This document shows positions 28,101-41,214 of a stretch of 64,000 bases of DNA, in pieces. The stretch is from the NCBI RefSeq assembly GCF_009914755.1, contig NC_060945.1; one strand, 5' to 3'. A model generated the notes under the pieces. That model was not told where the DNA came from, made no database searches, and saw nothing but the letters and a program-made list of their open reading frames with translations. Position numbers and translations under genes: made by a program. The DNA is from the human T2T-CHM13v2.0 reference genome, Homo sapiens. How positions within the stretch are numbered: the first letter of the stretch is position 1; each line of letters begins with the position of its first letter.

Positions 28101-29390
28101 TAAGAATATAGAATCAAAAAAGAGCCTGCATAGCCAAAACAAGACTTAGCAAAAACAACAAAACTGGAGGCATCACATTGCACAACTTCAAACTATACTA
28201 TAAAGCCATAATCACCAAAACAGCATGATACAGAATAGAGAACCCAGAAATAAAGCCAAATACTTACAGCCAACTGTTCTTTGACAAAGCAAACAAAAAC
28301 ATAAATTGGGGAAAGGACACCCTATTCAACAAATGGTGCTGGGATAATTGGCAAGTCACATGTAGAAGAATTAAACTGGATCTTCATCTCTTACCTTATA
28401 CAAATATCAACTCAAGACGGATCAAACACTTAAATCTAAGACCTGAAACCATAAAAATTTTAGAAGATAACATTGGAAAAATCCTTCTAGACATTGGCTT
28501 AGGCAAAGACTTTATGACTAAGAGCACAAAAACAAATGCAACAAAAACAAAGATAAATAGATGGGACTTTTGAAAATCTGCACAACAAAAGAAATATTCA
28601 GCAGAATTAATAGATAACCCACAGAATGGGAGAAAATCTTCACAATCTATACATTTGACAAAGGACTAATATCCAGAATCTACAAAGAACTCAAACAAAT
28701 CAGCAAGAAAAAACAAACAAAAAAACAAAAAACAACCCATCAAAAAGTGTGCTAAGGACATGAATAGACAACTCTCAAAAGAAGATATACAACTGGTCCA
28801 CAAGATATGGAAAAATGCTCAACATCACTAATTATCAGGGAAATGCAAATCAAAACCATTATCTGATACCACCTAACTCCTGCAAGAATGGCCATAATCA
28901 AAACAATCAAAAAATAATAGATGTTGGTGGGGATGCAGTAAAAAGGGAACACTTTTACACTGTAGTGGGGGTGGAAACTAGTATAACCACTATGGAAAAC
29001 AGTGTGGAGATTCCTTAAAAAACTAAAAATAGATCTACTGTTTGATCCAGCAATTCCACTACCAGGTATCTACCCAGAGGAAAATAAGTCATTACACAAA
29101 AAAGATACTTGCACATGCATGTTTGTAGTAGCACAATTTGCAGTTGCAAAAATATGGAAACAGCACAAATGCCCATCAATCAACGAGTGGATAAAGAAAA
29201 TATGGTATATATATATACACATACATACACACCATGGAATACTACTCAGCCATAAAAAGGAACAAAATATTGGCATTCACAGCCACCTGGATGGAATTGG
29301 AGGCTAGTATTCTAAGTAAAGTAACTCAGAAATGGAAAATCAAATATTGTACATTCTCACTCATATGTGGGAGCTAAGCTATTAGGGCAC
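25192..29390 (+). pseudogene. L1 ORF2p (endonuclease/RT) remnant
   Basis: GDFSTPL...TDIYRTFYP...KIDHMIGHK endonuclease motifs; FADD codons at 27285-27296; C-terminal DPAIPL.GIYP; many disablements. Confidence 0.95.
27386..27755 (-). mobile_element. THE1 (C/D-like) solo LTR nested in L1 ORF2
   Basis: TGTGTTAGTCCATTCTCAC...GATGAGATTTGGGTGGGGAC...CCATATCA; TSD AAAAT at 27381-27385 and 27756-27760. Confidence 0.95.
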
Positions 29391-30499
29391 AAAGACATAA
29401 GAATGATGCGTTGGACTTTGGGGACTGAGAGAAAAGAGTACGAGGTGGTGAGGAATAAAGGACTAGACATTGGGTACAGTGTACACTACTCAGGTGATGG
29501 GTGCATCAAAATCTATCTCAGAAATGACCCCTAAAGAACTTATTCATGTAACCAAACACACCTGTTTCTCAAAAACCTATTGAAATATAACAGTTTAAAA
29601 AATTTAAAAAAGAAAAAAGAAACACACCATTGTGGTTTTTACAAGACCCCAAAGTTTGAGGAATTGGTTAGTTAGCTCCACATTTTGACACTCACCATGT
29701 GTGTAACACAGCATAAAGCCTCCCCTCTGTGAGCTATTAGATGAGAAAGATGAAACAATACTGGCACATCTGAAAAAGCATAAGAATGAGCAGAATGGTG
29801 CCAGTCATGCAACAGAGAGTGGTGAAAATAGTGTGTGCACTCATTTTTGGAAAGAGTGATTGGCATCTGGTGCTTGTTCACGAAAATGTAGAATTTCAGG
29901 ACCTGGGAAAGAGTTCATTCAATATTTTGACTGGCTGTGGTTTAAATGAACAACTGTTTCTGAACACTCCTGTGCCAATGACTGTCTCCCCATCTGCTGA
30001 CCATCACCCCGTCAGTACTCATCTGTGAGCAGCATCTCTGTGAGCCACGCTTCAGCGCAAGGTTTGCTGTGCTGCAATCTGCTTCTGTTTGCATACGAAA
30101 AGAGAAAAGTGAATAAATGTTTCAAAATTCCTACGTTGGAAAGATTCTGAATCCACCCCAGTCGTCATCTACTTCTTTATTTAGAATTATTCATATGTGC
30201 GTTATTTACAGTTTCTCCATGTGGTGTGCTTTCCTTTGTGTTTCTCTTAACATTTTTAATGACCAAAGGCAAACAGGAATCAGTTATTTTGTCACAATTC
30301 CTTCCCATTTAAATGGAGATGGCCAGATTTTCCTATGGCATTCATACTATACCTATTTTCTTTCTTACTTTCTTAATTTCCTCTCTTAAGTCTTATCTAT
30401 ATCTTTGTTAGGAAGAAATAATTTCAGATAGAATAAACTAATTAATATATAGTTATAGATATTTTCAGAACTATCTATTATAGTTTCAGAACAGACTAT

Positions 30500-30525
30500 T
30501 TTGAATATATATATATATATTCAAA
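30500..30525. repeat. Perfect 26-bp palindrome around (TA)n
   Basis: TTTGAATATATATATATATATTCAAA is self-complementary. Confidence 0.95.
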
Positions 30526-31942
30526 TACTCAGACCTGCAATGAGCCCAAATATGTATTTAAATATACATATTCAAACTAACAAAATTTTAGCTGCAGCTA
30601 AATAGCAAACTTAAGAAGATGAAAGATAGATGAGCCAGAATTGTGATGGGCCTGAGCTTCTAAGATCTCAGTAGGTGTTTTACCTCCTAAACCAACATTG
30701 GGAGAGCGTTAAAATTATTTATCTCTGCCCTTCAGTTACATAAGCTACCTTCTATTGATCTGTCTCATTAAACTGAGGAAGGCATGTGAGACTCACTGCC
30801 AAGGAATTCAATTGCCTCATTGCCACTTGTTGCTATTTATGTGTGAAAATGACAGAAATTTATCCTGCCATCCAGGATTTTAAACAAAAACAACTTAAAT
30901 GAAAAAGCCTCATTTTCTGTTGGGGTTTCCCTTGGGAAGGAAACATTGCTCTTTTTAAGTGGGATGAATTTTGCACTTCATTAAACGCCTTGATCTTTTC
31001 ATCACTTTAGCCTTTAATGCAATAACATAATCTTAGATCATCTAGATTAATGATTACAATAAAATTGTGCATATAAATCTTACAAGGGCCATGAAAGTGA
31101 GCAGCTGCAGATGCTGAAGTCTGATTTCTGAAACTTTAGGCAGATTTATCTCTATTGACATATATCCTACTTTTTTTGTCTAATTAAACCAAGCTTAATC
31201 TTTTCACAGGTTTTTCTCCTAGAGACTTATCAAACTTCCAGTCAAGGAGTTGAACAGGTCTTTGGGAAGCAATTTGTTCCCTGGCCTAATGTTTAACTCA
31301 AATCCTTCTGGTGTCTTTCAAGTTCCGTCTTGATATTTGTGGAAATCCTAAACTGCACAAGAGCCCTGTTACACACAGAATGGCATTCTCCAAGAATCCC
31401 TGCAGCCAAAGACTGTGCCCCAATTTAGGACATGATGATTAAGACTATTTCACTGAGAGAAGCATCCCTATTGTTCACCTCTCTGAGACCTACTGAGCCA
31501 GGCAGGAGGAAGTCTCCTTGGCCTACTTGCACCAGCAGGAGCGAGCGACTCAGAGCTGCAATGAGCCCAAAGAACACAGGGCAACAGCCTTGGCATGTAG
31601 GCCAAGGATTTTTAAACTAGTCTTAATAACTCAGGTCAAGTTCCCAGCTAGGGTCCCTTAACAAGTCAAGCAAAGAAAGACTTGGGGAGTTTGGAGCATT
31701 TTAGGTTCTGCTGTGTAAGGTAGCAGTTCTTGGTTCTACCAGGAATTCCAGACATATTGTCCTAGAACATTCTGTGGTTCCATAGGTGCAAGACACAAAA
31801 TATACTACTATGCTCTTCTTTGAGGCTAGGTTTTCAGATGTGTATGTGAAAGAAGTAGGAACCATGTCTGCTTTGTAAATGCTGGTGTCTTAATAGAGGT
31901 TCATGTGATAAAGCAGGGGAGGCCTCAGTGTTGTAGAGGCTT

Positions 31943-32312
31943 TGTGTCTCAGTTTGGGCTGCTATATGGGAATACCACAGACTGGGTGGCTTAAATAATA
32001 AGCATTTATTTCATTTCCCACAGCTCTGGAGGCTGGGAAGTCCAAGAACAAACGTGCTAGACAATTCTGTGTCTGGTGAAGGCCCACTTCCTGGTTCATA
32101 GATGGCCGACTTCTTGCTGGGTCCTCACATGGTGGAAAGAGGGCTGGAGAGCTCTCTAGGATCCCATTTATAAGGGCACCAATCCCATTCATGAGGCCTA
32201 CTCTTTCATGACCTAATTGTCTTAAAAAGGCCCCATCATCTAATACCATCATCTTGGGGGTTAGAATTTTAACATATGAATGGGGGGTAGAAATATTTAA
32301 TCCATCATATCA
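31943..32312 (-). mobile_element. MLT1A/MST-type MaLR LTR
   Basis: TACCACAGACTGGGTGGCTTAAA...CAGCTCTGGAGGCTGGGAAGTCCAAG...TTTATAAGGGCACCAATCCCATTCATGAGG. Confidence 0.88.
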
Positions 32313-34926
32313 TACAAACTGTACAGTCCACTGAGTTTAATATCCTGGAAGAGCACATACATTATCCATTCACATGTTACTATCACTCAAGTAGGTGCAT
32401 TGTTGGTGGCTCTGGCCAAGATCAGAAGCCTAACTCTAAGAAGTGAGGGTATCAGTAGGTCAGAGTACCAAAGGATGTTGTCCTTCCTCCCATAGGAAGT
32501 AGATAAGCTATATATAGGTCACCCACATCTGCTTTGGAGAGTAGCCTTCACAGATCCTATTTGAAATACAGTGACTTAAAGTCAGCCAATTTGCCAAACA
32601 TCCATCACAGATGAAATATCTATCCAAAGATATGATATACAGAAACTGGGTCGAAGGTGGTAAAGCATAAAAGAAAACAAGAAAATAAACCCAGAACTAC
32701 CCAGTTAGACTCTAAACAGAATCCTCTTCTAGAGAGATTAAGCTCTTGCAATTTCCCAATTGCTTGGCTTGGGGTTGGTGATGGGAATAGTCCTGATAAT
32801 TTTTGCCATGCCTATGTGGACCCAGGGGGCTACTGGTACTCATTAAATATTTTGAAATATTCAAAATGGCTTTACTAAAATTTGTGAGACAAGAAAAGTG
32901 AACATCACAAATTAAGGAAACACGAATGAGAAGGCTGGGGATACTGCAGGCTCAACCCTTTCCATGGAACCAGCAAAACTCAAGCTCACCTGGTATTTTT
33001 TCCACCTCTCCTGTATTTTACCTACTTTGTCTTTACACTGCAACATTGGGGAGCAATTTGCTCCATATGAGTTGCCTAAACATTCAGACCAAGAAAGAGA
33101 GAAAGAATCATCTTTCCCACCTTCTTAGGATCTGCCTTCTGTCTACTTCCATTCATTACCCAGAAATTAAAACCAGAAATGGCCTTTCTGCCCAGGCAAA
33201 GTTCCACTTTCTACCCAAAGGAATGCAAGCTTGCCTTTGCAAGGATGGATTAAAAAATCATACCTCCATACCATGACCCAAAAACCCATACAATCAATGT
33301 GTACCCGATAGTCAAGGCTAACTCATTTATTTAGCGTCACAGAGATACCTTAATTCTCTTGCTTTTTCATTGCTTTTAAATTTTCCCTCCCCAGGCACTG
33401 TTTTCTCCTTCTGAAATCCCTACTATTTGTGTTATATCTTCCAAGTCTCTTATGTTTTCTTTTTTTATGGTTTTCATTGCTTTGAGATTTATTCAAACTG
33501 TAAGATATTTCTTTTTGGTTTTCTGAAACACAAATTCACATTTTTTCAGTTTATTTGTTTTCAATATCAAAAGCATGCTTCTTAGTTCTCCAAAGTTACT
33601 TTTGGTGCTGTAATTGCATATCCCTGAAGAGTCTCATCCCTTTTCAGTTTTTCTCTTCTTCTTCTTCAATTGGAATCACCACTGGTAGGTGTGGCCTTGG
33701 GGCCTCTCCCTTGGAGGACCGAGTCCCGTTCATCTTCTTTGTTTTCCTTAGCACACCTGTAGCTGTGTATTTTCCAGCACTCATTCTGGTCTGGATGTTG
33801 GGAGTCTCTTGAACAGGGACAAGCTGGAGGCTGGGGGAGGGTAGGTCAGACTCTGGTTTGGGGTCTGAGAGAGACAGACCTGGCCACCCAGACCTCTCTG
33901 GAGCATACACTGGCAGCCCCTGTCAACCACAGGAGCATTGGGTAACTTCAACTTGCAAAAGAGCTTTGGCCTATGTCCACCAGGGCTGGCCACTGGGAAG
34001 CCACTCCATGCTCCACCCAACAAGGAGACAGGTACAATCCTTTCCAAGAAGAACTTAAGGGCTCTGCTGGCTGGGCCTCCTTGGGGAGCCATGAAATCAG
34101 TGGCATTGGCCTCAGACGTAGAGGACAGGCCAGCCTCTACTATACCATGGGTCCCTTGGTTCCCACTAAGAATAATAATAATCATGTAAACATCTGGTGC
34201 ATACCTAGGGCTGACACTAAGCAGAGAGAAGGTGAGGTGGACCACCCTGTGTAGCTGCAGTTCCTGGAACTCTCAGTGCCACAGACACCCTTCCAGCTCC
34301 ACAGTAAGCCTGCTTACTTGTGTTATTATAAGAAGGAGTTGAGGGGCAAAGGGATTGGAGGCATATATTCAGATATGCCAAAGGTTGTTTTCTTTCAAGG
34401 TGATACATGCTAATAAGCACGAGGCCAAAGCAGGCTTCCCTGAGAGCAGATGGGTGTGTGCATGCGTATGTGTGTGTGTGCACACACGCATGTGTATCAG
34501 CACACTGTGGACTGACACAATTAACCTGACCAGAATTAGCTCAATGCATCATGGCCCAGGGTCAGAACAGTATCTCACTCACCCAAGAGATGGGTTCCAT
34601 CATCATTCATCTCTCCATTTCCCACCTATCCATCCGTCTTCCCATTCAGCCTATTCCCTACCCCCATCCCACCCCTCCATCTACCCATTTATTTTTCTAT
34701 AGTATTCCTGAAGTCAGGGCGTTTAATATGTGATTTTGTGGAAAAATGTAGGAGACAGGGAGTTTATCTCCAGGATCACGTTTCATTCATATTTAACACA
34801 TCTGTACTGCTGGAACAAGATGCAAATCCCACAAACCCTTATATTGCAACACCTCCTCTCCCCCCGCTTTTAAACCTGAACAATAACTTTGAGCAATATA
34901 ATTCTAGGTCATTAAGAGAAAACATT

Positions 34927-35222
34927 GGCTGGGTGCGGTGGCTCACGCCTGTAATCCCAGCACTTTGGGAGGCTGAGGTGGGTGGATCACCTAAGGTCAG
35001 GAGTTTGAGACCAGCCTGGTCAACATGGTGAAACCCCATCTCTACTAAAAATACAAAAAATTAGCCAAGTGTGGTGGCGGGAGCCTATAATCCCAGCTAC
35101 TTGGGAGGCTGAGGCCATAAAAATTGCTTGAAGCCAGGAGGCAGAGTTTGCAGTGAGCCGAGATCGCACCACTGCACTCCAGCCTGGGTGACAGAGTGAG
35201 ACTCTGTCTCAAAAAAAAAAAG
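34927..35222 (+). mobile_element. AluS
   Basis: Full Alu; TSD AGAGAAAACATT at 34915-34926 and 35223-35234. Confidence 0.97.
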
Positions 35223-35514
35223 AGAGAAAACATTGATGCGTCACATAAAATAATAACATTGAGATAAAAGTGGCACATTACAGAAATTAATGCTTTGTGA
35301 CTTTTCAAAGCACTTTCACATTCATTGTCTTATTTGGTTTCCATAGGCACCTATCCATCAGCAAAGTAGGGCTGGCATCTTTATTAATTTCATAAACTTG
35401 TTTAGAGCTTATTTTCCAGATTTCATAAATAGCTTCAGTTCTAAAAAAGGTGAGTAGCAGGGTTCTGGAGTATACATATTTAGTGTAATGATTTGGTAAA
35501 ATAATTACACATTG

Positions 35515-35664
35515 TCTGTAATCCCAGCTACTCAAGATTACTGAGGCAGGAGAACTGCTTGAACCCGGGAGCGGGGTGTAGCAGTGAGCCAAGATCACGC
35601 CACCGCACTCCAGCCTGGGTGACAGAGTGAGACTCAATCTCACAAAAAAAAAAAAAAAAAAAAA
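35515..35664 (+). mobile_element. 5'-truncated Alu (right arm)
   Basis: CTGTAATCCCAGCTACTC...GACAGAGTGAGACTC plus A-tail. Confidence 0.93.
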
Positions 35665-36179
35665 GAATTATATACAGTATCTTAAAAATAATTTTCTCAT
35701 CATCCATTATTATTCATGCTCCCTAAGCCTTTTTCAAACCCCAATGCCATCCTCTTTCCTTCCAGTACATTTTAAGTCTACCTTATAAGTATCTGTAAAG
35801 CAGTAGAATCAAAATCCACAGGAACAGCCTTCACTCTATTTAACAGGGCAACTCTACTACTAACAGCATTTTAGCTGGCCTCGTGCCTAAGTGCAAAGAA
35901 TAAGTAGGAAATAATAGGAAGTAAAATTTTAAAAATAATGAGAAAAATTTTGAGGGCTTCAAATACAAATAGTGGAAGACAATGAGGTATCTTCATGTTA
36001 GAATCGTGTCTAGACTCAAATCCCAACCCAAGCCGTTGCTAATTTTGTCACCTTGAGCAAATCTTCTTATTTCTCTGATCTTCAGTTTCCTTGTCTAAAA
36101 ATGAGGCATAAAGAGCACACATGAAGTGGGACACATGTACAGTGTTAGGCCCTTTTGCTCTTGGCTGATGATAGGAGTC

Positions 36180-36250
36180 TGGTGACCAACCATCTTGGTT
36201 TGCCCAGGGCTGGTGGGCTTCCCAGGACACGGGACAAAGTGGTTACCCTA
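36180..36250. mobile_element. MER81/MER94-like hAT-Blackjack MITE
   Basis: GGTGACCAACCATCTTGGTTTGCCCAGG...GGTTACCCT terminal inverted repeats. Confidence 0.7.
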
Positions 36251-36922
36251 GGTGGGAAGCGCGACAGGATAAAAGGGTCCTCATGCATAGACAGCTCCCC
36301 TCCAAATTCCACTCGTGTCCCAAACCTATCTCTCCAGGAAACACACAGAAGCCATCTCCGGTTGGATTCCTAACACTACGTCTCGTCTCTTTTCATTGTT
36401 CTTGTAACCTCATGCTGGTGATGTGTTTATGCTGCTCTAAAGTTGTGTGCTATTTTCTTTAAACAGCATATTAGGGTGTGAGCTCCCTAAGGTCAGAGGT
36501 CATCCTTCTGTATTTGGTAGGACCTAGTCTAACCCCCTCCCGATGCTCAACTTGCACCATCAGTCCTGGCTCGGCAAAGTCACACATCTCAAAGAGATAC
36601 AGTTCTGATTGCAAGAGCATCAGGGAGTCAAGTAAGTTCTTACTGAAGCCTCTTGAAGAGGCAAAACGGGGAGGATTACATCCTTGGAAAGACAGAGTTA
36701 AGGGCTGTAAGACTTCTCCTTAGAAAAGATTCTTCTCAAAGTCCCCTGTTCTCTTTTTCAGTCTCTCCTTCATCACTCCTGATTCTTTTCTCTTGGGAAT
36801 GACTCAGGGTCCTTTCTAAGACAGGCAACTCATCCTCCTTTGGATTTTTCCAATTTCCTTTTTCCAATCCTTTCCAATCAGGATTGCAGAATACTCCACA
36901 AAGGCTCAGGAGTCCAGCAGGT

Positions 36923-36927
<5 letters not shown>

Positions 36928-36975
<48 letters not shown>
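36928..36975. repeat. (GT)n microsatellite, about 24 units
   Basis: Read directly. Confidence 0.98.
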
Positions 36976-36977
<2 letters not shown>

Positions 36978-37359
36978 CTGAAGGGCAGGGGTCTGTAAAC
37001 AGTTTGCTGCATCATAATAACACATGTTTCATAAATAATTGGTGCTTAACAAATATGTACTGTCTTGGGTTATTTCTCTGTCACCCGGGTGGGTGGCTTT
37101 AGGAAGAAATTAGTTGTGGGTCAAATGCATTTTACAATGATGGACCCCAGCCAGGAAAAGAACAATCTTCCTCCCCCTACGAGGGCTTAGAGTGAGCCAG
37201 GGAGTGGAAGAATGTATTGCACCCTCAGTAGCAGAAGTGAGAGTCCCTAAAGGGAGATATTCAAGAATGAGTGTGTGTGTTGGGATGTGTGTGGGTGTGT
37301 ATTTGTGTGTAGGGGTGGTGAGGAGGCATTAGTCTGCTGATCTGGGTCAATATAGTGAA

Positions 37360-37570
37360 AATGAAGAACATGGGATTGGGCATTGAAGGCTTGTATGAAT
37401 GCACTAGTCCTAGGACCTTGAACAAACTCCTTGTCTCCATGCCACAGTTTTCTCATCTTTCTTTATAGAGTTTTTGGAAGGACTAAATATCCTAACACAC
37501 ATAAAACACTTAGCACAGAACCTGGCATATAGTAAACACTCAATAAACCTCAGTGATTACTGTTATTAGG
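37360..37570 (+). mobile_element. MIR SINE
   Basis: GACCTTGAACAAACTCC..GCCACAGTTTTCTCATCT...ACTTAGCACAGAACCTGGCATATAGTAAACACTCAATAAA. Confidence 0.8.
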
Positions 37571-39732
37571 GCTGACCCCAACCACAGCTGAGAGGAGTCC
37601 AGGCCTCAGTAAACTCTCCTGAGAGGGGACCACAAGGAGCTGAGGGTGAGCTGGCTTGCGTTTTTGGAACTGTCTTAATATATTTGAAATTTATGCTGAA
37701 ATCCAGTGTGCCAAGGTCCCTCGATAAAACAGGGGGGAAAAAAGTGGAAGCATATGGTGGTCTGAGTCTTGAAGAAGAATGACTTCAATTATAGAAACAG
37801 GCTGTTGGAGAAATATGCCTTTTCAGCCCCGTCAGTCACGAACCTTTTCCAAATGTTGACATTACGCATGATATTAATATACTATAAAAAATCCATGTAA
37901 AACTGGAAAAGCCCAAACACACCATGCAAAGCCTGAGTCCTGCTAATGCCCCATCAGGATTAGAAGCAAAAATTCAGTTAGTTCTGCCTGCTAGGGTTTG
38001 CAGTGGCTTATGTCAGGAAGTCTATGACAATTTGTCATCATGTAGAAATATGGCTGCATCTGGATTTTTCTAAACTAAGGGAAGCATTTGTACATCAAAA
38101 GTCCTATTAAGGTTTTACTTTACTTTACTATCAAGAACTTTTTGCCTTTTGGTTCTCTTATAGGTTTGGTGGGTAAATCCCCATTTAGAATAAAGGCCTA
38201 TTTCTTATCCTCTGAGCTGGATAAGCTATTCAGGCAGAGAACAACCTTTGAAGTTAAGGGAAACTGTGCTATCAAGCCAAACGTGAAATAAAATCAGAAG
38301 GGGACCCCTAATGCATTATGGAATACAACGCAGAATTTGGCCGAAGGTGATGCTAATTTTCTGCTCTTGTCAATGAAAAACAGACGCCAGGACGACTTGC
38401 TTGCATTCATCTGAATCCACATGGCAGCGTCAGAAAGCTGGTGAGCCTGGTGGGCCGGGGGGAGCTGTGGTCTGGGGCAAGGGCTGGTTCCTTTGTTTTC
38501 CTTGGCATGGCTTATGGAAAAGTCAGAGAAAATGAATTTCAAATGATGGGTCAAAACTCAAGATTTGAAACACATTTCTTCCATCCTGTAGGTCTCATGG
38601 ATCCATGGAAATAATTTTGATAACTTTAACTCCATTTCCAGTTGCAGGTATGTTGTCCATAGAGTTCCATTAAACAATATTTTTATTTCAGTCATTTACC
38701 ATTCAATGAGTCTTTTAAATCCTGTAAAGTCGTGGAAAAAAGTTCAAATTGGCTATAAATGATTACACTAATTTTCTGTTTTCTTTCCATTTCTTTTCTG
38801 GTTTTCCTTTTAAAATTGCCCCTCTTGCCTGCAGCATATTTTGCATCAAAAAATGTATGGAGGATGGAAGACCCTTTTCACGCAGCAGCTGGGACAGAGT
38901 ATTGCTCAGGCAACTTGTTCCCTCACACTAATTTTTGTCTGCATTGTAAAAATATTTTAAATGGTTTTGCATGCTGCATGAAAATGTGGAAATAACTTAT
39001 ACTGTTTGGTGGTAAAATGTAAGAAATTAGACAGATGCATGAATGCTCTTATGGGCAGAAGAGAAGCAACTGCTTTCCAAAAACACTCTGAACTTTCAGA
39101 AAAGGGAACAGTCACTGATTCTAGAATCAGGAGGAAGAATACATAAATGTTATCTGCTGCTCCTTTTGGTTAATTTGGTTATGGAAGGCAGCTTCTGAAA
39201 AGGGTCACACGCACCGTATTTTGGCATAAAAAACAGAATCACAAGGAAGAGAAGTACCTCCCCCACCCCCACTTGGGCTGTGGGAGGACCCTCATCCATC
39301 AGCGTCTCTGGTACAGGGATAGCTGCTGGCTCAGTGGCTCTGGCCTTCATCCTGGGGTCCTGCTGCTGCCAGGGTGCTGTCTTCTCACCTTTTCAAAGAC
39401 CCTCATCTCTACTGTCCCATATCCATCCCTGCTGACCAAAGCAAAACTAGGTTTTTCTTGCTTTTCCTGGGCTGAGCCTCTTATTGTTCCTAGACACAGC
39501 CAGCCTGGTGAGCACAGGCAAACTGGACATTGGAAGACCCAGCTGCACAAAGACTCCTTCCTGTGAGAGGCTTGGAGAAGACTTTGCTCTAGACACACAA
39601 GGGAGCCTGTGGGAAGGTGAGAGAGATATCCCTTCTCATTCCAAGCCTCTACCGGGAGGAAAGGTTGCTCCCAGAGTTGGGGTTGTGGAGCTGTTTATCA
39701 GGGTTGGGTCAGATGGAAAAACAGAGGACTGT

Positions 39733-40390
39733 ATGTAACCTAAGGTGAAGTAAAGAATCTAAATATGCTCAGAGAAAGGCCTGGCCTTTTGCTCTCAGCT
39801 TCTGGGAAGTGATCTGTGCCTTTGGAATGTCATGTCTGATAGGAGTGGCTTTGTTTGCCTGCAGGCCTTGGACCAGCCAGATAGTGACAAGGTGATTTTG
39901 GGTGGGGCCTTGGGTCACATCAACAAGCCTTAGTGAAGATGGGGGCTTTAGGTCATGTGGTCTCAGCTTGGTCTGAGGGGCTGGGAACTGAGCCCAGTTA
40001 CCTGGGCAGCCAGCCATGCCTAGGTGGTGATAAGACCCCAGCGGAGCCCCTGGATGCAAAGGCTCGGGTGGGTTTCCCTGCGTGGTGTGTTGTTGCACAG
40101 CATGCTGGAAAAGTGATGCTGTTGTTATTCACAGGGAGAGGACGATGGAAGCCCTGCCTTTGGTACTCTCTGGGTTCCGCTCTATGTGCTTCTTTCCTTA
40201 GCTGATGTTAGCTGCATTCTTCCCGGTAATAAACTGCAATCACCAGTGAATAGCTTTAGTGAGTCCTGTGCTCCTTCTAGTGACTTATTGACACTGAGTG
40301 TGTTTTTGAGAGCCCCCTGAACTTGAAATTGATGTCAGAAGTGAAGGTGGTTTTGTAGACACTGTGGCTCTAACTTTGCAGTTGGATAGA
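39733..40390 (+). mobile_element. MER21-like LTR
   Basis: CTCAGCTTCTGGGAAGTGATCT...GCTCGGGTGGGTTTCCCTG...AATAAACTG...GATGTCAGAAGTGAAGGTGG. Confidence 0.8.
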
Positions 40391-40715
40391 GGTGGCAGGA
40401 GTTCACCTGTATTTTTTTTTCCCCTAAAGTAGGGTCTAATTCACCCCCATCAAGAGGTGTATTCTAGAATTTGCACACGGACCCCTTTCTTTCTCATTTC
40501 TGTGCTTTTTAACAGAACCACTAACTCTTATACCCTCTCGGCCATACATTATCCACTCACATTATTTTCATTTGAATCACATACTCACGTTAGTAATTCC
40601 TTCTTACTTGTAGCTGATGAAGTTTGTTTGTTTATTTATTTATTTATTTATTTATTTATTTTAGGTTCTATTAACATTGACATACCAGGCCCCCAATACA
40701 TGTGAGTTCTCATCT

Positions 40716-41148
40716 CTATTAGTTTTCTGGAGCTGCCATAACAAAGTACCACAAATTGGGTGACTTAAAATAACAGAAATTTATTGTCTCACAGTTCTGG
40801 AGGCTAGAAGTCAGAAATCAAGGTGTCGGAGGGCCATGCTCCCTCTGAAAACTGTAAAAGAGGCTTCTTCCTCATCTCTCTCATAGCTTCTGGTGGTTGC
40901 CAGTAGCAGTACTGGGCACTCCTTGACTTGTAGATGTATTATTCGAATTCTCTGTCTGCACATGGCCCTCTCCCTGTCTGCACAAGGCATTTTGTTTTTT
41001 TAAATAAGGACAACTATCACATTGGATTAGAGACCCACCTTACTCCAATGTGACTTCATCTTAACTCATTACACCTGCAATGGCCCTATTTCCAAATAAG
41101 GATACTTTCCATGAAACTGGGGGTTAGGACTTCTATACACATACACAG

Positions 41149-41191
<43 letters not shown>

Positions 41192-41214
41192 GGAGGACAT
41201 AATTGAGCCCATAA
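40716..41214 (-). mobile_element. MLT1 (C/D-like) LTR containing a (TG)n tract at about 41150-41188
   Basis: GCTGCCATAACAAAGTACCACAAATTGGGTGACTTAAAATAACAG...CCCTATTTCCAAATAAGG. Confidence 0.9.

Larger units (their letters stand above)
23027..29616 (+). mobile_element. Full-length inactive L1PB (L1PB1/2-like) LINE-1
   Basis: 5'UTR, ORF1, ORF2, L1PB-type 3'UTR (GGGAGCTAAGCTAT...GGACTTTGGGGACT), A-tail; TSD AAGAAACACAC(T/C)ATTGTGG at 23008-23026 and 29617-29635 (18/19). Confidence 0.96.

Noticed and set aside
24113-29390. Reverse transcriptase/endonuclease as an active or novel system
   Set aside because: Ordinary LINE-1 with many stops, frameshifts and an LTR insertion.
33555-34254. Cluster of overlapping ORFs up to 154 aa
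   Set aside because: No recognisable domain or convincing splice structure; partly decayed repeat-like sequence.
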